Shown here in pieces: positions 1-9,156 of a DNA stretch of 64,000 bases; the stretch's first letter is position 1, and every line of letters begins with the position of its first letter. The notes beneath the pieces were generated by a model. That model worked only from the letters and a program-made list of their open reading frames with translations. It had not been told where the DNA came from and did no database searches. The DNA is from Thermoanaerobaculia bacterium (GTDB lineage Bacteria; Acidobacteriota; Thermoanaerobaculia; Multivoradales; Multivoraceae). Where the stretch lies: contig OZ220742.1 in assembly GCA_965116955.1 (NCBI GenBank), positions 2,703,516-2,767,515 of the forward strand. The letters are read 5' to 3'. Both the position numbers and the translations under genes were made by a program.

Positions 1-16
1 CGAGGCCTTCGCGGCC

Positions 17-3000
17 ATGGACATCGAGGACGCCGAGGATCCGCGGGAGACGCTCGCGCTCTCGCAGCGCGACATCCTGCGCGAGTACGCGCCGGCCTAC
101 GCCCGGTGGCTCGACGCGCATCCGGAGGCGGACGAAGGGCTCTTTCCCGTCGAGCAGGAATCGGTGGGCGAGCAGCGCGAGCGCATGGCGGCGCTCCGGC
201 CGGAGCCGGACGAGGACATCCGCCGCTGGCTCCGCATCCTCCGGTATCGCGAGCTGATCCGGGTCGCGGTCGCCGACTTCAGCGGTCTCGACGACTTCGC
301 CGCGACGACGCAGAAGATCTCCCAGGTGGCGGACGTCTGCGTCCAGCGGGCGCTCGATGCGACCGGCCTGGACAAGGAGCCGTTCGCGGTGATCGCGATG
401 GGCAAGTGGGGCGGGCTGGAGGTCAACTACAGCTCGGACATCGACGCCCTGTTCGTGGCCTCCGACGATGTCGACCAGGAGGCCCTGCACCGGCTGCAGC
501 GGCAGGCGCCGCAGTTCATCCGCCTGATCTCCGACAACACGGGCGACGGCTTCGTCTTCCGCGTGGACATGCGGTTGCGGCCGGAGGGGAAGATGGGCCC
601 CCTGGTGCGGACGGTGGGGCAGTACCTCCGCTTCTACGAGCGCTACGGCATGAACTGGACGTTCCAGGCGCTGATCAAGGCGCGCTTCGCCGGCGGCGAC
701 GCGGCCGCGGCCAAAGCGTTGATCGACGGTACGCGGCGTTTCGTTTTCGACCCGGAGCGCTCGCCGGAGACCCTCCTGCGGGAGGTCTTCGAGATGAAAC
801 AGATGATCGAGAAGTCGCTCCGCTCCAAGGGCACGGAAGTCGGCAACGTGAAGCTCGGCGCCGGCAGCATCCGCGACATCGAGTTCATCGTCCAGTTGCT
901 GCAGCTCTACCACGGCGCCTCCAACAAGAGCCTGCGCTCGCCGAACACGCTGCGGGCCATGTCGCGGCTGCGGGCGCACCGCGTGATCACGAAGGACGAG
1001 TACGACCGGTTGCGCGAGGCCTACATTTTCCTGCGGGTGGTCGAGCACGTGCTGCAGTTGGAGCGCGACCTGCCGGTGCGTCAGCTTCCGCGCGAGCCGA
1101 AGCAGTGGGCGACGTTCGAGTGGCGGGTCGCGTTCGCCCTGCGCCAGCCGGTGAGCACGCTCCACCTGGCGGAGCGCTACGAGCAGACGGCGGCCGAGGT
1201 GCGGCGCATCTTCGGCGAGTTCTTCGACGAGACGATCGACTTCCTGGAACGAAAGCACCAGGTGCGCGAACGCTGCCCGGACCTGCCGGCGGAGCTCATC
1301 GACGAGCACTTCAAGCGACTCGAGAGCGCCTACTTCCTCGCCCACCCGGTGGACGAGGTGGCGCGTCACGTCGAGCTGATCCACGAACTCGATGGCGAGC
1401 GGCTGTGCCGGGTCGACGTGCGGCACGTCGGCTCGACCCGCCGGGTCACGATCGTCGCCAACGACTACCAGGGAGAGTTCGCCAAGATCTGCGGTCTGCT
1501 CGCGGCCTACGGCCAGTCGATCCTGAGCGGCAGTTCCTACACGTACCAGGACGCGGGCGACATGGAGTTCTACCGGCGGGCCGGGAGGGCCGAGCGGCGT
1601 TCTTCGCCGCGGACGCGCGGCCGGCGCGGGCGCCGGAGTCGCCGCAAGGACAAGAGTTCGCGGCCGTCGGCGCATGGCCCCACGCGCATCGTCTACTCCG
1701 CGGAGGTCCAGCCGGCCCCGGCCTACGCGTCCCGCGTCTTCTCGTGGTCGGACTTCGAGCGGGACCTGAACAGGCTTCTCGGCCTGCTGGCGCAGGGTGA
1801 CGCGCAGCGCGCCAACGAGGAACTGACCCTGCGGGTGATGGAGGCCGCCCGCCTGACCGATCCGGGCGACGATGCGGAACAGGTCATGCCGCCCATCTCG
1901 ATCTCGGTCGACAGCGAGTCGGATGAGCACTGCACGATCCTCGAGATCCGAAGCCCCGACAGCTTCATGTTCCTGTTCGAGTTCGCCAATGTTCTCTCGA
2001 CCCGGGACTACTGGATCGACAAGGTGGAGTTCGACACGGTCGACGGTGAGGTACGCGACCGTCTGTTCGTCACCACGCGGAGCGGCGGCAAGATCGAGGA
2101 CCGGGTCGGCGTCGACCACCTGCGGCTGACGGTGACGCTGATGAAGCAGTTCGCGCGTCGGCTGGCGGTGGCGCCGAATCCACAGCTCGCCCTGCGGCAG
2201 TTCGGGGCGCTGATCGACGCGGCCTGCAAGCAGGTTGACGATCCGACGCGGGCTCTGGCGTCGTCGCTCGACGAACTGGCGCGCGTACTCGGGGCCGGCA
2301 CGTATCTCTGGGAGGAGTTCCTGCGCCGGCAGCACGAGAACCTGATGCCTCTGCTCGAAGGCATGGCCGACCTCGACCTGGGCGCCGGACGGGAAGATCT
2401 GGAAAGCCGCCTCGATGCCGCGCTCGAAGGGCAGGAGGGGCCGGACGAGGCCCTCAACCGCTTCAAGGACGACGAGATCGGGCGGATCGACATGCGCCAC
2501 CTGACGCGGCGCATCGAGCGCTTCAGCGACTTCGGCGAAGAACTCTCCACGCTCTCCGATGTCGTGCTCACGCGGGCGGCGGCCGAAGCCGTTCGGGAGA
2601 CGGCCGGCGACGGGGCGGAACCTGGAGTCTGGTGCCTGTGCGCGCTCGGCAAGTGGGGCGGACGCGATCTGGGGTACGCGTCGGACATCGAGTTGATGTT
2701 CGTCTGGGACGCGGAACGGTCGGGCCGGGCCCAGGCCGGCGAGTTCTACGAGCGGGCGGCGCAGCGGCTGTCGGGGCTGATCCGCGCCAAGCGCGACGGA
2801 ATCTTCGAACTCGACTGGCGGCTCCGGCCGGGCGGTGCGTCGTCGCCGCTCGCCGCCTCGTATCAGCGCTTCGTCTCGTACTACAGCATCGACGGCGAGG
2901 CGGATCCGTACGAGCGTCAGGCGCTGGTGCGGCTACGCACCGTTGCCGGCGACCCGGATCTGGCTGCTCGCGTCGAGGCGCACCGGCAGGACTTCGTCTT

Positions 3001-3472
3001 CGATCCGCGTCCACACGACGTCGCGCGGATTCGGCATCTCAGGAATCGCCAGCGCTCGGAGCTGACGACGCGCGGCACGACGAACGCGAAGTTCAGCGCC
3101 GGCGGTCTGCTGGACGCCGAGTACTTCGTCCAGGTGCGGCAGATCGCGGCAGGCGCCGGTGATCCGGAAGTGCGGCAGACGAACACCCTCGACGCGGTCC
3201 ACGCGCTCCACGAGCGCGGTCACCTGCCGGCTGAGGAGTTCGAGCAGATCAGCGAGGGCTACCGGCTCCTGCGCGCGGTGATCAACTGCCTGCGGATCGT
3301 CCGCGGCCACAGCAAGGACCTCGTGATTCCCCCGGCGGATACGAGAGAGTTCCGGTTCCTGGCGCGGCGACTGCACAGTCTGGGGCAGTTGCCGGACGAG
3401 GAGGGCGCCTGGGACCTGATTGCCGAACACATGGGAGCCCTCGAACGGCTGTTCGACGGGCTGTCGGACTGA
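17..3472 (+). CDS. glnE: Glutamine synthetase adenylyltransferase/adenylyl-removing enzyme (GlnE-like, bifunctional). Two nucleotidyltransferase halves with two ACT-like domains between them. Possibly 5'-partial, because the frame is open back to the window edge.
   Basis: Two nucleotidyltransferase motifs are seen: AMGKWGGLEVNYSSDIDALFV in the first half and ALGKWGGRDLGYASDIELMFVWD in the second. Each is followed by GlnE-type helical segments (RVDMRLRPEGKMGPLV..ALIKARF and ELDWRLRPGGASSPL). The 1151 aa ORF is convergent with amtB-glnK. Confidence 0.8.
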   Translation: MDIEDAEDPRETLALSQRDILREYAPAYARWLDAHPEADEGLFPVEQESVGEQRERMAALRPEPDEDIRRWLRILRYRELIRVAVADFSGLDDFAATTQKISQVADVCVQRALDATGLDKEPFAVIAMGKWGGLEVNYSSDIDALFVASDDVDQEALHRLQRQAPQFIRLISDNTGDGFVFRVDMRLRPEGKMGPLVRTVGQYLRFYERYGMNWTFQALIKARFAGGDAAAAKALIDGTRRFVFDPERSPETLLREVFEMKQMIEKSLRSKGTEVGNVKLGAGSIRDIEFIVQLLQLYHGASNKSLRSPNTLRAMSRLRAHRVITKDEYDRLREAYIFLRVVEHVLQLERDLPVRQLPREPKQWATFEWRVAFALRQPVSTLHLAERYEQTAAEVRRIFGEFFDETIDFLERKHQVRERCPDLPAELIDEHFKRLESAYFLAHPVDEVARHVELIHELDGERLCRVDVRHVGSTRRVTIVANDYQGEFAKICGLLAAYGQSILSGSSYTYQDAGDMEFYRRAGRAERRSSPRTRGRRGRRSRRKDKSSRPSAHGPTRIVYSAEVQPAPAYASRVFSWSDFERDLNRLLGLLAQGDAQRANEELTLRVMEAARLTDPGDDAEQVMPPISISVDSESDEHCTILEIRSPDSFMFLFEFANVLSTRDYWIDKVEFDTVDGEVRDRLFVTTRSGGKIEDRVGVDHLRLTVTLMKQFARRLAVAPNPQLALRQFGALIDAACKQVDDPTRALASSLDELARVLGAGTYLWEEFLRRQHENLMPLLEGMADLDLGAGREDLESRLDAALEGQEGPDEALNRFKDDEIGRIDMRHLTRRIERFSDFGEELSTLSDVVLTRAAAEAVRETAGDGAEPGVWCLCALGKWGGRDLGYASDIELMFVWDAERSGRAQAGEFYERAAQRLSGLIRAKRDGIFELDWRLRPGGASSPLAASYQRFVSYYSIDGEADPYERQALVRLRTVAGDPDLAARVEAHRQDFVFDPRPHDVARIRHLRNRQRSELTTRGTTNAKFSAGGLLDAEYFVQVRQIAAGAGDPEVRQTNTLDAVHALHERGHLPAEEFEQISEGYRLLRAVINCLRIVRGHSKDLVIPPADTREFRFLARRLHSLGQLPDEEGAWDLIAEHMGALERLFDGLSD

Positions 3473-3517
3473 AAAAGAAACGCGCGCCGGGGAGCGGAAG
3501 CTCCCGCGGCGCGCGTT
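3472..3517. terminator. GC-rich hairpin between convergent glnE and glnK. On the minus strand it is followed by a T-run (plus-strand AAAAAGAAA), so it is a likely intrinsic terminator for glnK and probably also terminates glnE.
   Basis: Stem aacgcgcgccggggagc, loop ggaa, stem gctcccgcggcgcgcgtt, giving about 17 bp with one imperfection. The A-rich tract at 3472-3480 becomes a U-tract for the minus-strand transcript. Confidence 0.55.
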
Positions 3518-3542
3518 CTTGAACCTCGCGGTGGCGGCGCTA

Positions 3543-3884
3543 TCAGCCGATCGCGACGTTTCCCGTTTCGCCGGTGCGGATCCGGATCGTCTCCTCGAGC
3601 GGCATCACGAAGATCTTGCCGTCGCCGACGCGGCCGGTCTTGCCGCCCCTCGTGATCGCGTCGATCACGATGTCGACGTAGTCGTCGTTCACCGCGATCT
3701 CGATCTTCAGCTTGCGCAGCAGGGCGCCGGCTTCCTTGTGACCGCGGTAGATCTCGGAGACGCCTCGCTGGCGGCCCCGCCCCATCACGTTGGAGACGGT
3801 CAGGAGGTGAATCTCCTTCTGTTCCAGGAGGTCGAGAACCTCCTGCATCCGGTCGGGCTGAACGATTGCCACGATGTACTTCAT
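3543..3884 (-). CDS. glnK: Nitrogen regulatory protein P-II (GlnB/GlnK family), cotranscribed downstream of amtB.
   Basis: The 113 aa protein starts MKYIVAIVQP..., carries a T-loop-like RGRQRGVSEIYRG segment, and ends GDGKIFV..IRIRTGE. A GGAGGA SD lies 18 nt after the amtB stop. Confidence 0.9.
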   Translation of the reverse strand: MKYIVAIVQPDRMQEVLDLLEQKEIHLLTVSNVMGRGRQRGVSEIYRGHKEAGALLRKLKIEIAVNDDYVDIVIDAITRGGKTGRVGDGKIFVMPLEETIRIRTGETGNVAIG

Positions 3885-3902
3885 GTCATTCCTCCTTCGG
3901 CC

Positions 3903-5243
3903 CTAGTCAACCAGGGTGTAGGCGTTTTCGCGGTGGTCGGTGAGGTCGAGGCCGATTCGCTCCTCGTCATCGCTGACCCGGAGACCGACGATCAGGTCGA
4001 CGATCTTGAGCAGGATGAAGGACACGACGGCGGCCCAGACGATGGTGTAGGCGACTGCCTTGAGCTGAATCAGCACCTGCCCGGCATTGCCGAAGAACAG
4101 GCCGTTCGCGTCGTTGCCGGGCACGGCGTCGGTGGCCCAGAGGCCGGCCGCGACCGCGCCCCACATGCCGGCGACGCCGTGAACACCGAAGACATCCAGC
4201 GAGTCGTCGTAGCCGAGCTTGCTCTTGAGCCAGGTGACGGCGAGGTAGGCAAACACGGAGGCGCCCGCGCCAACGCCGATTGCGCCGACGGCGCTGACCG
4301 AGCCGCAGGCCGGCGTGATCGCCACGAGACCGGCGACAGCGCCGGTGATGACGCCCAGAAGCGTGGGCTTCGAATCCTTGAACCAGTCGATCAGGCCCCA
4401 GGTAGCGGCCGCGGTTGCGGTAGCGACCTGGGTAACGACGAAGGCGTTGGCGGCCGAGCCGTTCGCAGCGACGGCGCTGCCGGCGTTGAAGCCGAACCAT
4501 CCGAACCAGAGCAGCCCGGTGCCGAGGACGGCGAAGGGCAGGTTGTGGGGCGGGGAGGTGTGCACCGGATAGTCGCGCCGCCGGCCGAGGACCATCGCCG
4601 CGACCAGCGCGGAAACGCCGGCATTGATGTGGACCACGGTGCCGCCCGCGAAGTCGAGCGCTCCGTCGCCGCCGAGGCCGAAGAAGCCCTCCGAACCGCC
4701 CCAGACCCAGTGGCAGACCGGAGCGTAGACCACGAGCAGCCAGGCGCTCATGAACAGGCAGATGGCGCTGAACTTCATCCGCTCGGCGAAGGCCCCGATC
4801 ATGAGAGCGGGCGTGATGATCGCGAACATGCCCTGGAAGATCATGAACAGCGGTGCCGGGATGCCGGTTCCGTCCCAGACGTCGTAGCCGAGGCCGCTCA
4901 GCAGGAAGTAGTCACCGCCGCCGATCACGCCGCCCAGGGCGTCGGAACCGAAGGCGAGGCTGAAGCCGACGACGACCCACAGCACGGTCATGACGCCCAT
5001 GCACAGGAAGCACTGCATCAGGATCGAGAGGACGTTCTTGCGGCGGACCAGTCCGCCGTAGAAGAACGCCAGTCCCGGCGTCATCAGCAGCACCAGGGCG
5101 CTGGCAGTCAGCATCCAGGCTGTGTCGCCGGTGTCCACGCCGTCCTGGGCGGCTGCCGGCGAAGCGGCCAGCATAGCCAGGAGCAGCGTCAGTCCCAGGG
5201 CCGGACCCAGACGAAATGTCCGGCCTCGCGTTCTGAAGCTCAT
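3903..5243 (-). CDS. amtB: Ammonium transporter (Amt family) with an N-terminal signal peptide.
   Basis: The 446 aa protein has about 11 hydrophobic segments and is glycine-rich like Amt/MEP transporters (e.g. DFAGGTVVHINAGVSALV). It lies immediately upstream of a P-II gene. Confidence 0.9.
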   Translation of the reverse strand: MSFRTRGRTFRLGPALGLTLLLAMLAASPAAAQDGVDTGDTAWMLTASALVLLMTPGLAFFYGGLVRRKNVLSILMQCFLCMGVMTVLWVVVGFSLAFGSDALGGVIGGGDYFLLSGLGYDVWDGTGIPAPLFMIFQGMFAIITPALMIGAFAERMKFSAICLFMSAWLLVVYAPVCHWVWGGSEGFFGLGGDGALDFAGGTVVHINAGVSALVAAMVLGRRRDYPVHTSPPHNLPFAVLGTGLLWFGWFGFNAGSAVAANGSAANAFVVTQVATATAAATWGLIDWFKDSKPTLLGVITGAVAGLVAITPACGSVSAVGAIGVGAGASVFAYLAVTWLKSKLGYDDSLDVFGVHGVAGMWGAVAAGLWATDAVPGNDANGLFFGNAGQVLIQLKAVAYTIVWAAVVSFILLKIVDLIVGLRVSDDEERIGLDLTDHRENAYTLVD

Positions 5244-5334
5244 TCGAGTACCTCCTCGTAGTCGGTTGGCCTAAGGCCGAGGGTCGGCCGGGCGTACCCG
5301 CGGCGGGCTCTTCCGGGGCGGGCGTACTCGGGAG

Positions 5335-5351
5335 TTACGAGAATCGTGCCA
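5335..5351 (-). promoter_or_regulatory. Candidate sigma-54 promoter about 100 nt upstream of amtB. The -24 element TTGGCACGA is a perfect match; the -12 element is weak.
   Basis: The minus strand reads TTGGCACGATTCTCGTA, which matches consensus YTGGCACGrNNNTTGCW except for a TCGT (not TTGC) -12. amtB-glnK operons are commonly NtrC/sigma-54 controlled. Confidence 0.25.
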
Positions 5352-5507
5352 ACCGCGCGTCCTGCCGCAGGTCGCGGTCGCCGGCCTGGACGGCGGCCGG
5401 ACGGTGACCCGGAAATCCCCGGTTCAATGGGACTTAGGCTCGAACGAGGGAGCCTCCGAGCGGGCCCCGAACTGGCTCAGCGACCGACTCGACGAAGCGG
5501 CCGACAC

Positions 5508-5522
5508 CTGTGCGCCGCACAG
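5508..5522. promoter_or_regulatory. Perfect 7-N1-7 palindrome CTGTGCGCCGCACAG in the CuAO-amtB intergenic region. Candidate transcription-factor (enhancer-binding protein?) site.
   Basis: Reading directly, ctgtgcg c cgcacag is self-complementary. It sits about 265 nt upstream of the amtB start. Confidence 0.3.
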
Positions 5523-5545
5523 GAATGTGCGGCCGACATTTGGGT

Positions 5546-5561
5546 GCGACAGATTTGTCGC
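5546..5561. promoter_or_regulatory. Second palindrome, GCGACAGATTTGTCGC (6-N4-6), about 25 bp from the first. Candidate regulator site.
   Basis: Reading directly, gcgaca gatt tgtcgc is self-complementary. Confidence 0.25.
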
Positions 5562-5580
5562 GATCTCCCGGCGTCCGGAC

Positions 5581-7578
5581 TCAGGGGAGATCGAGCGCCG
5601 GGTTGCGGTCGAAGAAGTCGAATGGCCGCAGCTCGAAGCCGTGCCACATGACCGGCATCACCGGCCAGTCCTCGGCGCGGGGCAGGTGGTGCATGCCGAC
5701 CGTGTGCCACAGCACGAGATCCTCGTCGCTGATCGACCGGTTCGCTTCGGTCCAGGCCGGCAGGCCCATCCCCGGTTCGCTCAGGGTGGGGTGGTCACCG
5801 GCGGCGTAGCGCTCGTCCGGATCGTACGGCGTCACCCACAGGTGATGATCGATGAACCCGGCGCGCTGGAGCGAGTAGTCGTCGGGCACGAACAGGTGGT
5901 TGGCGTTGCGGCCCGGCATCAACTGGTAGCTCGTGGGGTAGCCGACCGCGTTCTGGCGGCTTGTGCTCAGAACCCGCCACAGCGCGGGCGTCGCCAGGTC
6001 GATGTCGAACCGGGCGTCCTGCTCGGTCTGCGGGGCGTGGGGCTCCTGGACCCAGAGGCTTCGCCGGGGATGGTCGGCCGGCAGTTCCCGCGTGACCAGG
6101 CGGTCCGCCACGAAGCGGTTGTCCGCGCCGTCGACATCGAGGTCGAGTCGGTAGCTGAAGTAGTGGTCGTGGTTGACGCCGATGATGTTGCGGTCGAGGA
6201 AGCGGCCGTAGGCGTCGGCGGGCGTCCCGGCCTGGAGTGCGTCCACGGCGGCGGCGTTCACCGGGCCGGCCGCCGGGGCCGGCTGGATGGCCGACGCGGC
6301 GCTCGTCGCCTTGACCTCGAGGAGGCCGGTGGCGCCTACCCGGGCCTCGATCGAGCCGTCCTGGCGGAAGATCCAGTCGAGCAGGTAGTCGTAGTTGCCG
6401 ACCACGGCGGCGGTGCGCACGACGAGGTCGCGGCTCGCGCGGCTGTCCGGCTGCTCGTCCTCGTAGTGCCGCCAGGACGGGTCCCCGGTCTCGCGCTCGT
6501 AGACGCACGTGGTCCGGGGCACCGTGCGCGGCCGGCCCTGGGCGTTCGTGTTGATCGAGTCGACGTAGACCGCGTGGTCCGGGCAGTCCCGGCCGCGCAG
6601 CAACGGCTTGGCCAGCCCGCCTGCCGGGAACTCGCCGGCGTCGATGAAGTTGCGGGCGTACCAGGCGAAGGCCGGGTCCATGTAGGGCACGTAGATCTCG
6701 GAGAGTTGGCCCTGGTACATGACGGACCGTGGATTCGCATCGGGGCTCTCGCGGTAGGCGACGAGCGACACGACCAGGCCGGTGCGCTGGTCCGGCCGCA
6801 GGTGGAAGCTCCAGTTCTGCCAACTCACCTGGTAGCCGTTCATGTCGAAGCCGACACCCTCGGGCAGGTCGAGCCTGAAGGGGCCGGCGATCTCGCGCGG
6901 ATCGTCGAGCGTGGTCCGGTCGTAGTCGGCGTCCACGTCCGGGATCGGCGCCACGCCGTCGTCGACGACCTTGAGCACCTCGCCGGCCGTCAGGTCGACC
7001 ACGGCGGTCAGGCCCTCGACCTGCCGCGCCCAGGTGTTCCTGGCGCCGCGCGCCTCGGAGCAGCGGACATGTCCGAGCCGCCGCCCCTTCTCCTCCTCGG
7101 TGCCGAAGTAGCCGGGCGGGATCGTCGAGCAGTCCAGGAAGCTGGTGTCGGTGATGCCCCGTTTCTCAAGTCCCGCGATGAACTCGGGGTGTTCGAGCAC
7201 TTTGCCCACCACCGCGCCGAACTCTCCGAGGCTCCAGTTCGGCTGGACGCCGGTGAGCGGGGTCCAGGAAGAGACCTCCCCGGCGTTCAGGTCGACCGTC
7301 GCTTCGAACGTGTCCTCGCCCTGGCGAACGAGAGCGTAGGCGGCTCTCGGTACCTCGTCGCCCTCTCGCCAGGCGCGGACGACATCTTTGGCCGGTTCGC
7401 TCAGCGTGAGTTGCGAGAAGGTCGTCTCGCCGTCGAGTCGGCCGGCGTCGCGGAGGATCTCGAGCGCGCTCCAGACTTCCTGGTAGCTGAGCTGATCGAG
7501 CGGATGGTCCGCCGCGGCGGCGGGGATCGCGGCTGCCGCGAGCAGGCAGAGTGTCAGACGGAGGGTCGGCTTGCGCAT
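5581..7578 (-). CDS. Copper-containing amine oxidase (topaquinone enzyme), secreted.
   Basis: The 665 aa protein has a signal peptide, MRKPTLRLTLCLLAAAAIPAAAA. It carries the TPQ-precursor consensus T-x-x-N-Y-D-Y as VVGNYDYLL and the conserved His-rich copper site region HHLWVTPY..HTVGMHHL. Confidence 0.85.
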   Translation of the reverse strand: MRKPTLRLTLCLLAAAAIPAAAADHPLDQLSYQEVWSALEILRDAGRLDGETTFSQLTLSEPAKDVVRAWREGDEVPRAAYALVRQGEDTFEATVDLNAGEVSSWTPLTGVQPNWSLGEFGAVVGKVLEHPEFIAGLEKRGITDTSFLDCSTIPPGYFGTEEEKGRRLGHVRCSEARGARNTWARQVEGLTAVVDLTAGEVLKVVDDGVAPIPDVDADYDRTTLDDPREIAGPFRLDLPEGVGFDMNGYQVSWQNWSFHLRPDQRTGLVVSLVAYRESPDANPRSVMYQGQLSEIYVPYMDPAFAWYARNFIDAGEFPAGGLAKPLLRGRDCPDHAVYVDSINTNAQGRPRTVPRTTCVYERETGDPSWRHYEDEQPDSRASRDLVVRTAAVVGNYDYLLDWIFRQDGSIEARVGATGLLEVKATSAASAIQPAPAAGPVNAAAVDALQAGTPADAYGRFLDRNIIGVNHDHYFSYRLDLDVDGADNRFVADRLVTRELPADHPRRSLWVQEPHAPQTEQDARFDIDLATPALWRVLSTSRQNAVGYPTSYQLMPGRNANHLFVPDDYSLQRAGFIDHHLWVTPYDPDERYAAGDHPTLSEPGMGLPAWTEANRSISDEDLVLWHTVGMHHLPRAEDWPVMPVMWHGFELRPFDFFDRNPALDLP

Positions 7579-7685
7579 GGTTGCTCCCCTTGAGGTCCCG
7601 GACGGTGAGGCCTGGTCGGTCGCTGCTCCGAGGATCGGAATGACAGTCTACCGGGCAGGTCCATGGGCGGTACACTCTCCTCCCG

Positions 7686-8627
7686 GTGAGCTTGCGCATC
7701 GTCCCGCCGCCTCCGCGCTCGAGCGTGGCTTCTGCCCCTGCACCGGTTCCGGCGGCGCCGCCACGCTGGCCGGGGCCGCAGGGCAGACAGTTGTTCCGCC
7801 AGGCCGCGGACGGCAGCAGCCCTCGCCAGGTGAAGACGAGCTTCGCGCTTCAGTTTCTGCACCGGATCGTCGGCCTGGAGCACCTGAACTTCGGGATCTG
7901 GGCCGATGACGATCCGCTCGATGTTGCCGGCCTGCGGCGCGCCCAGGAACGCCTGGTGGCGCGGCTCCTCGAATTGCTGCCGCCCGGCGTGTCCTCCGTG
8001 CTCGATGTCGGCTGCGGCACCGGCGTGATCAGCGAGCGGCTGACCGCCCTCGGCTACGACGTCGAGGGCCTGTCGCCAGATCCGTATCACGGCAAGCTGT
8101 TCGTCGAGCGGCTGCCGGAGCGACGCTTCCACCTGGGCCGGTTCCAGGAGTTCGAGCCGGACCGCCGCTACGACCTCCTGTTCCTGTGCGAGTCGGCGCA
8201 GTACGTCTGGCTCGAGGAGTTCTTCGAGGCGGTCGAACGCTCTCTGGCGCCGGGAGGCAGCGTCCTGCTCTGCGACTACTTCACCGTGGAGGTCGACCAG
8301 GGAAGACCGAGGAGCGGTCACCTGCTGGACGAGTTCCTGGCCCGGGCCGAGGCGGCCGGCCTGGTGCTGGAGACGGACGAGGACGTAACGCTCTCGGTGC
8401 TGCCGACGCTCCGTCTCGGACAGGCGATCGTGGATCGCTTCGGCCGCGGCATCGTGAGCCTGCTGCGCGACGCCTCGACGGCCCGCTTCCCCCGGCTGGC
8501 GGGCGCCGCCTGGCGTCTGGCGGGGCCGGTGACCCGCCGCCTGGACCGGCTCGACCGGTTGCTGGATCCGGAGGCCTTCGCCAGGACCAGGCGTTACCGG
8601 GTCATGCGCTTCCGAAGCGCTTCCTGA
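7686..8627 (+). CDS. Class I SAM-dependent methyltransferase. The start is uncertain; a GTG at 7830 gives a 266 aa product.
   Basis: Motif I VLDVGCGTGV is present, followed by the acidic post-I residue and a LLFLCESAQY motif II-like segment. The Pro/Ala-rich N-terminal 48 aa may not be translated. Confidence 0.7.
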   Translation: MSLRIVPPPPRSSVASAPAPVPAAPPRWPGPQGRQLFRQAADGSSPRQVKTSFALQFLHRIVGLEHLNFGIWADDDPLDVAGLRRAQERLVARLLELLPPGVSSVLDVGCGTGVISERLTALGYDVEGLSPDPYHGKLFVERLPERRFHLGRFQEFEPDRRYDLLFLCESAQYVWLEEFFEAVERSLAPGGSVLLCDYFTVEVDQGRPRSGHLLDEFLARAEAAGLVLETDEDVTLSVLPTLRLGQAIVDRFGRGIVSLLRDASTARFPRLAGAAWRLAGPVTRRLDRLDRLLDPEAFARTRRYRVMRFRSAS

Positions 8628-8632
8628 GGGAA

Positions 8633-9151
8633 ATGCGACTGCGGAGCGTCACCGCGCTGGGTCTGTGCCTGGTGCTGAACGCCGGTGGAGCCGGCGCGTC
8701 CAGTGCGGCCCCACGGGCGGTCACACTGGCAGGAAACGAGGTCGAGGCGCCGGAGGATCTGGAGGCACGGTCGCTGCTCGTCGTCAGCTTCCATCGCGTC
8801 GCGAACGGCGGCGCGCGGGAGTGGCGGCGTGTTCTCGACGACGACCCGCGGGTCGATGGCTGGTCGGTCTACACGGTCGTCGTGCTCGAAGGAGCCCCCG
8901 GGTTCGTTCGCCGGATGGTGGTCCGGGCGCTCCGCGGCGACGTTCCGGCCGCGCGCCAGGACTCGTTCCTGGTCGTCGAGGAAGGCGCGGACGCCTGGCG
9001 AGAGCTGGCCGGCTCGAACGGCGAAGCGGAGGACCGGGCGGAAGCCATCTTCGTGATCCGGCTGGAGGACGGCGAGATCTGCGCCCGCTACCGCGGTAGC
9101 GCCTCAAGCGCTGCGCTGGCCGACCTGCTCAGTGACTCCTGCAAGGGCTGA
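8633..9151 (+). CDS. Hypothetical secreted protein (about 172 aa), 5 nt downstream of the methyltransferase.
   Basis: There is an ATG at 8633 in the frame of ORF 8186..9151. The signal peptide is MRLRSVTALGLCLVLNAGGAGASSA. No recognisable catalytic motif was found. Confidence 0.5.
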   Translation: MRLRSVTALGLCLVLNAGGAGASSAAPRAVTLAGNEVEAPEDLEARSLLVVSFHRVANGGAREWRRVLDDDPRVDGWSVYTVVVLEGAPGFVRRMVVRALRGDVPAARQDSFLVVEEGADAWRELAGSNGEAEDRAEAIFVIRLEDGEICARYRGSASSAALADLLSDSCKG

Positions 9152-9156
9152 GAGGC

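Noticed and set aside
5404-7593. 729 aa plus-strand ORF spanning the amine-oxidase locus. Similar long antisense ORFs are 3420..5261, 19800..21051, 21912..23177, 25124..26746, 28415..29851, 38757..40757 and 49830..52373.
   Set aside because: These are shadow ORFs expected in about 70% GC DNA. Their translations are Arg/Ala/Gly/Pro-rich with no motifs. Each lies antisense to a gene with strong family signatures.
8186-9151. 321 aa ORF overlapping the methyltransferase.
   Set aside because: The 5' 150 codons overlap the methyltransferase in another frame and are low-complexity. Only the portion from the ATG at 8633, which has a signal peptide, was kept.
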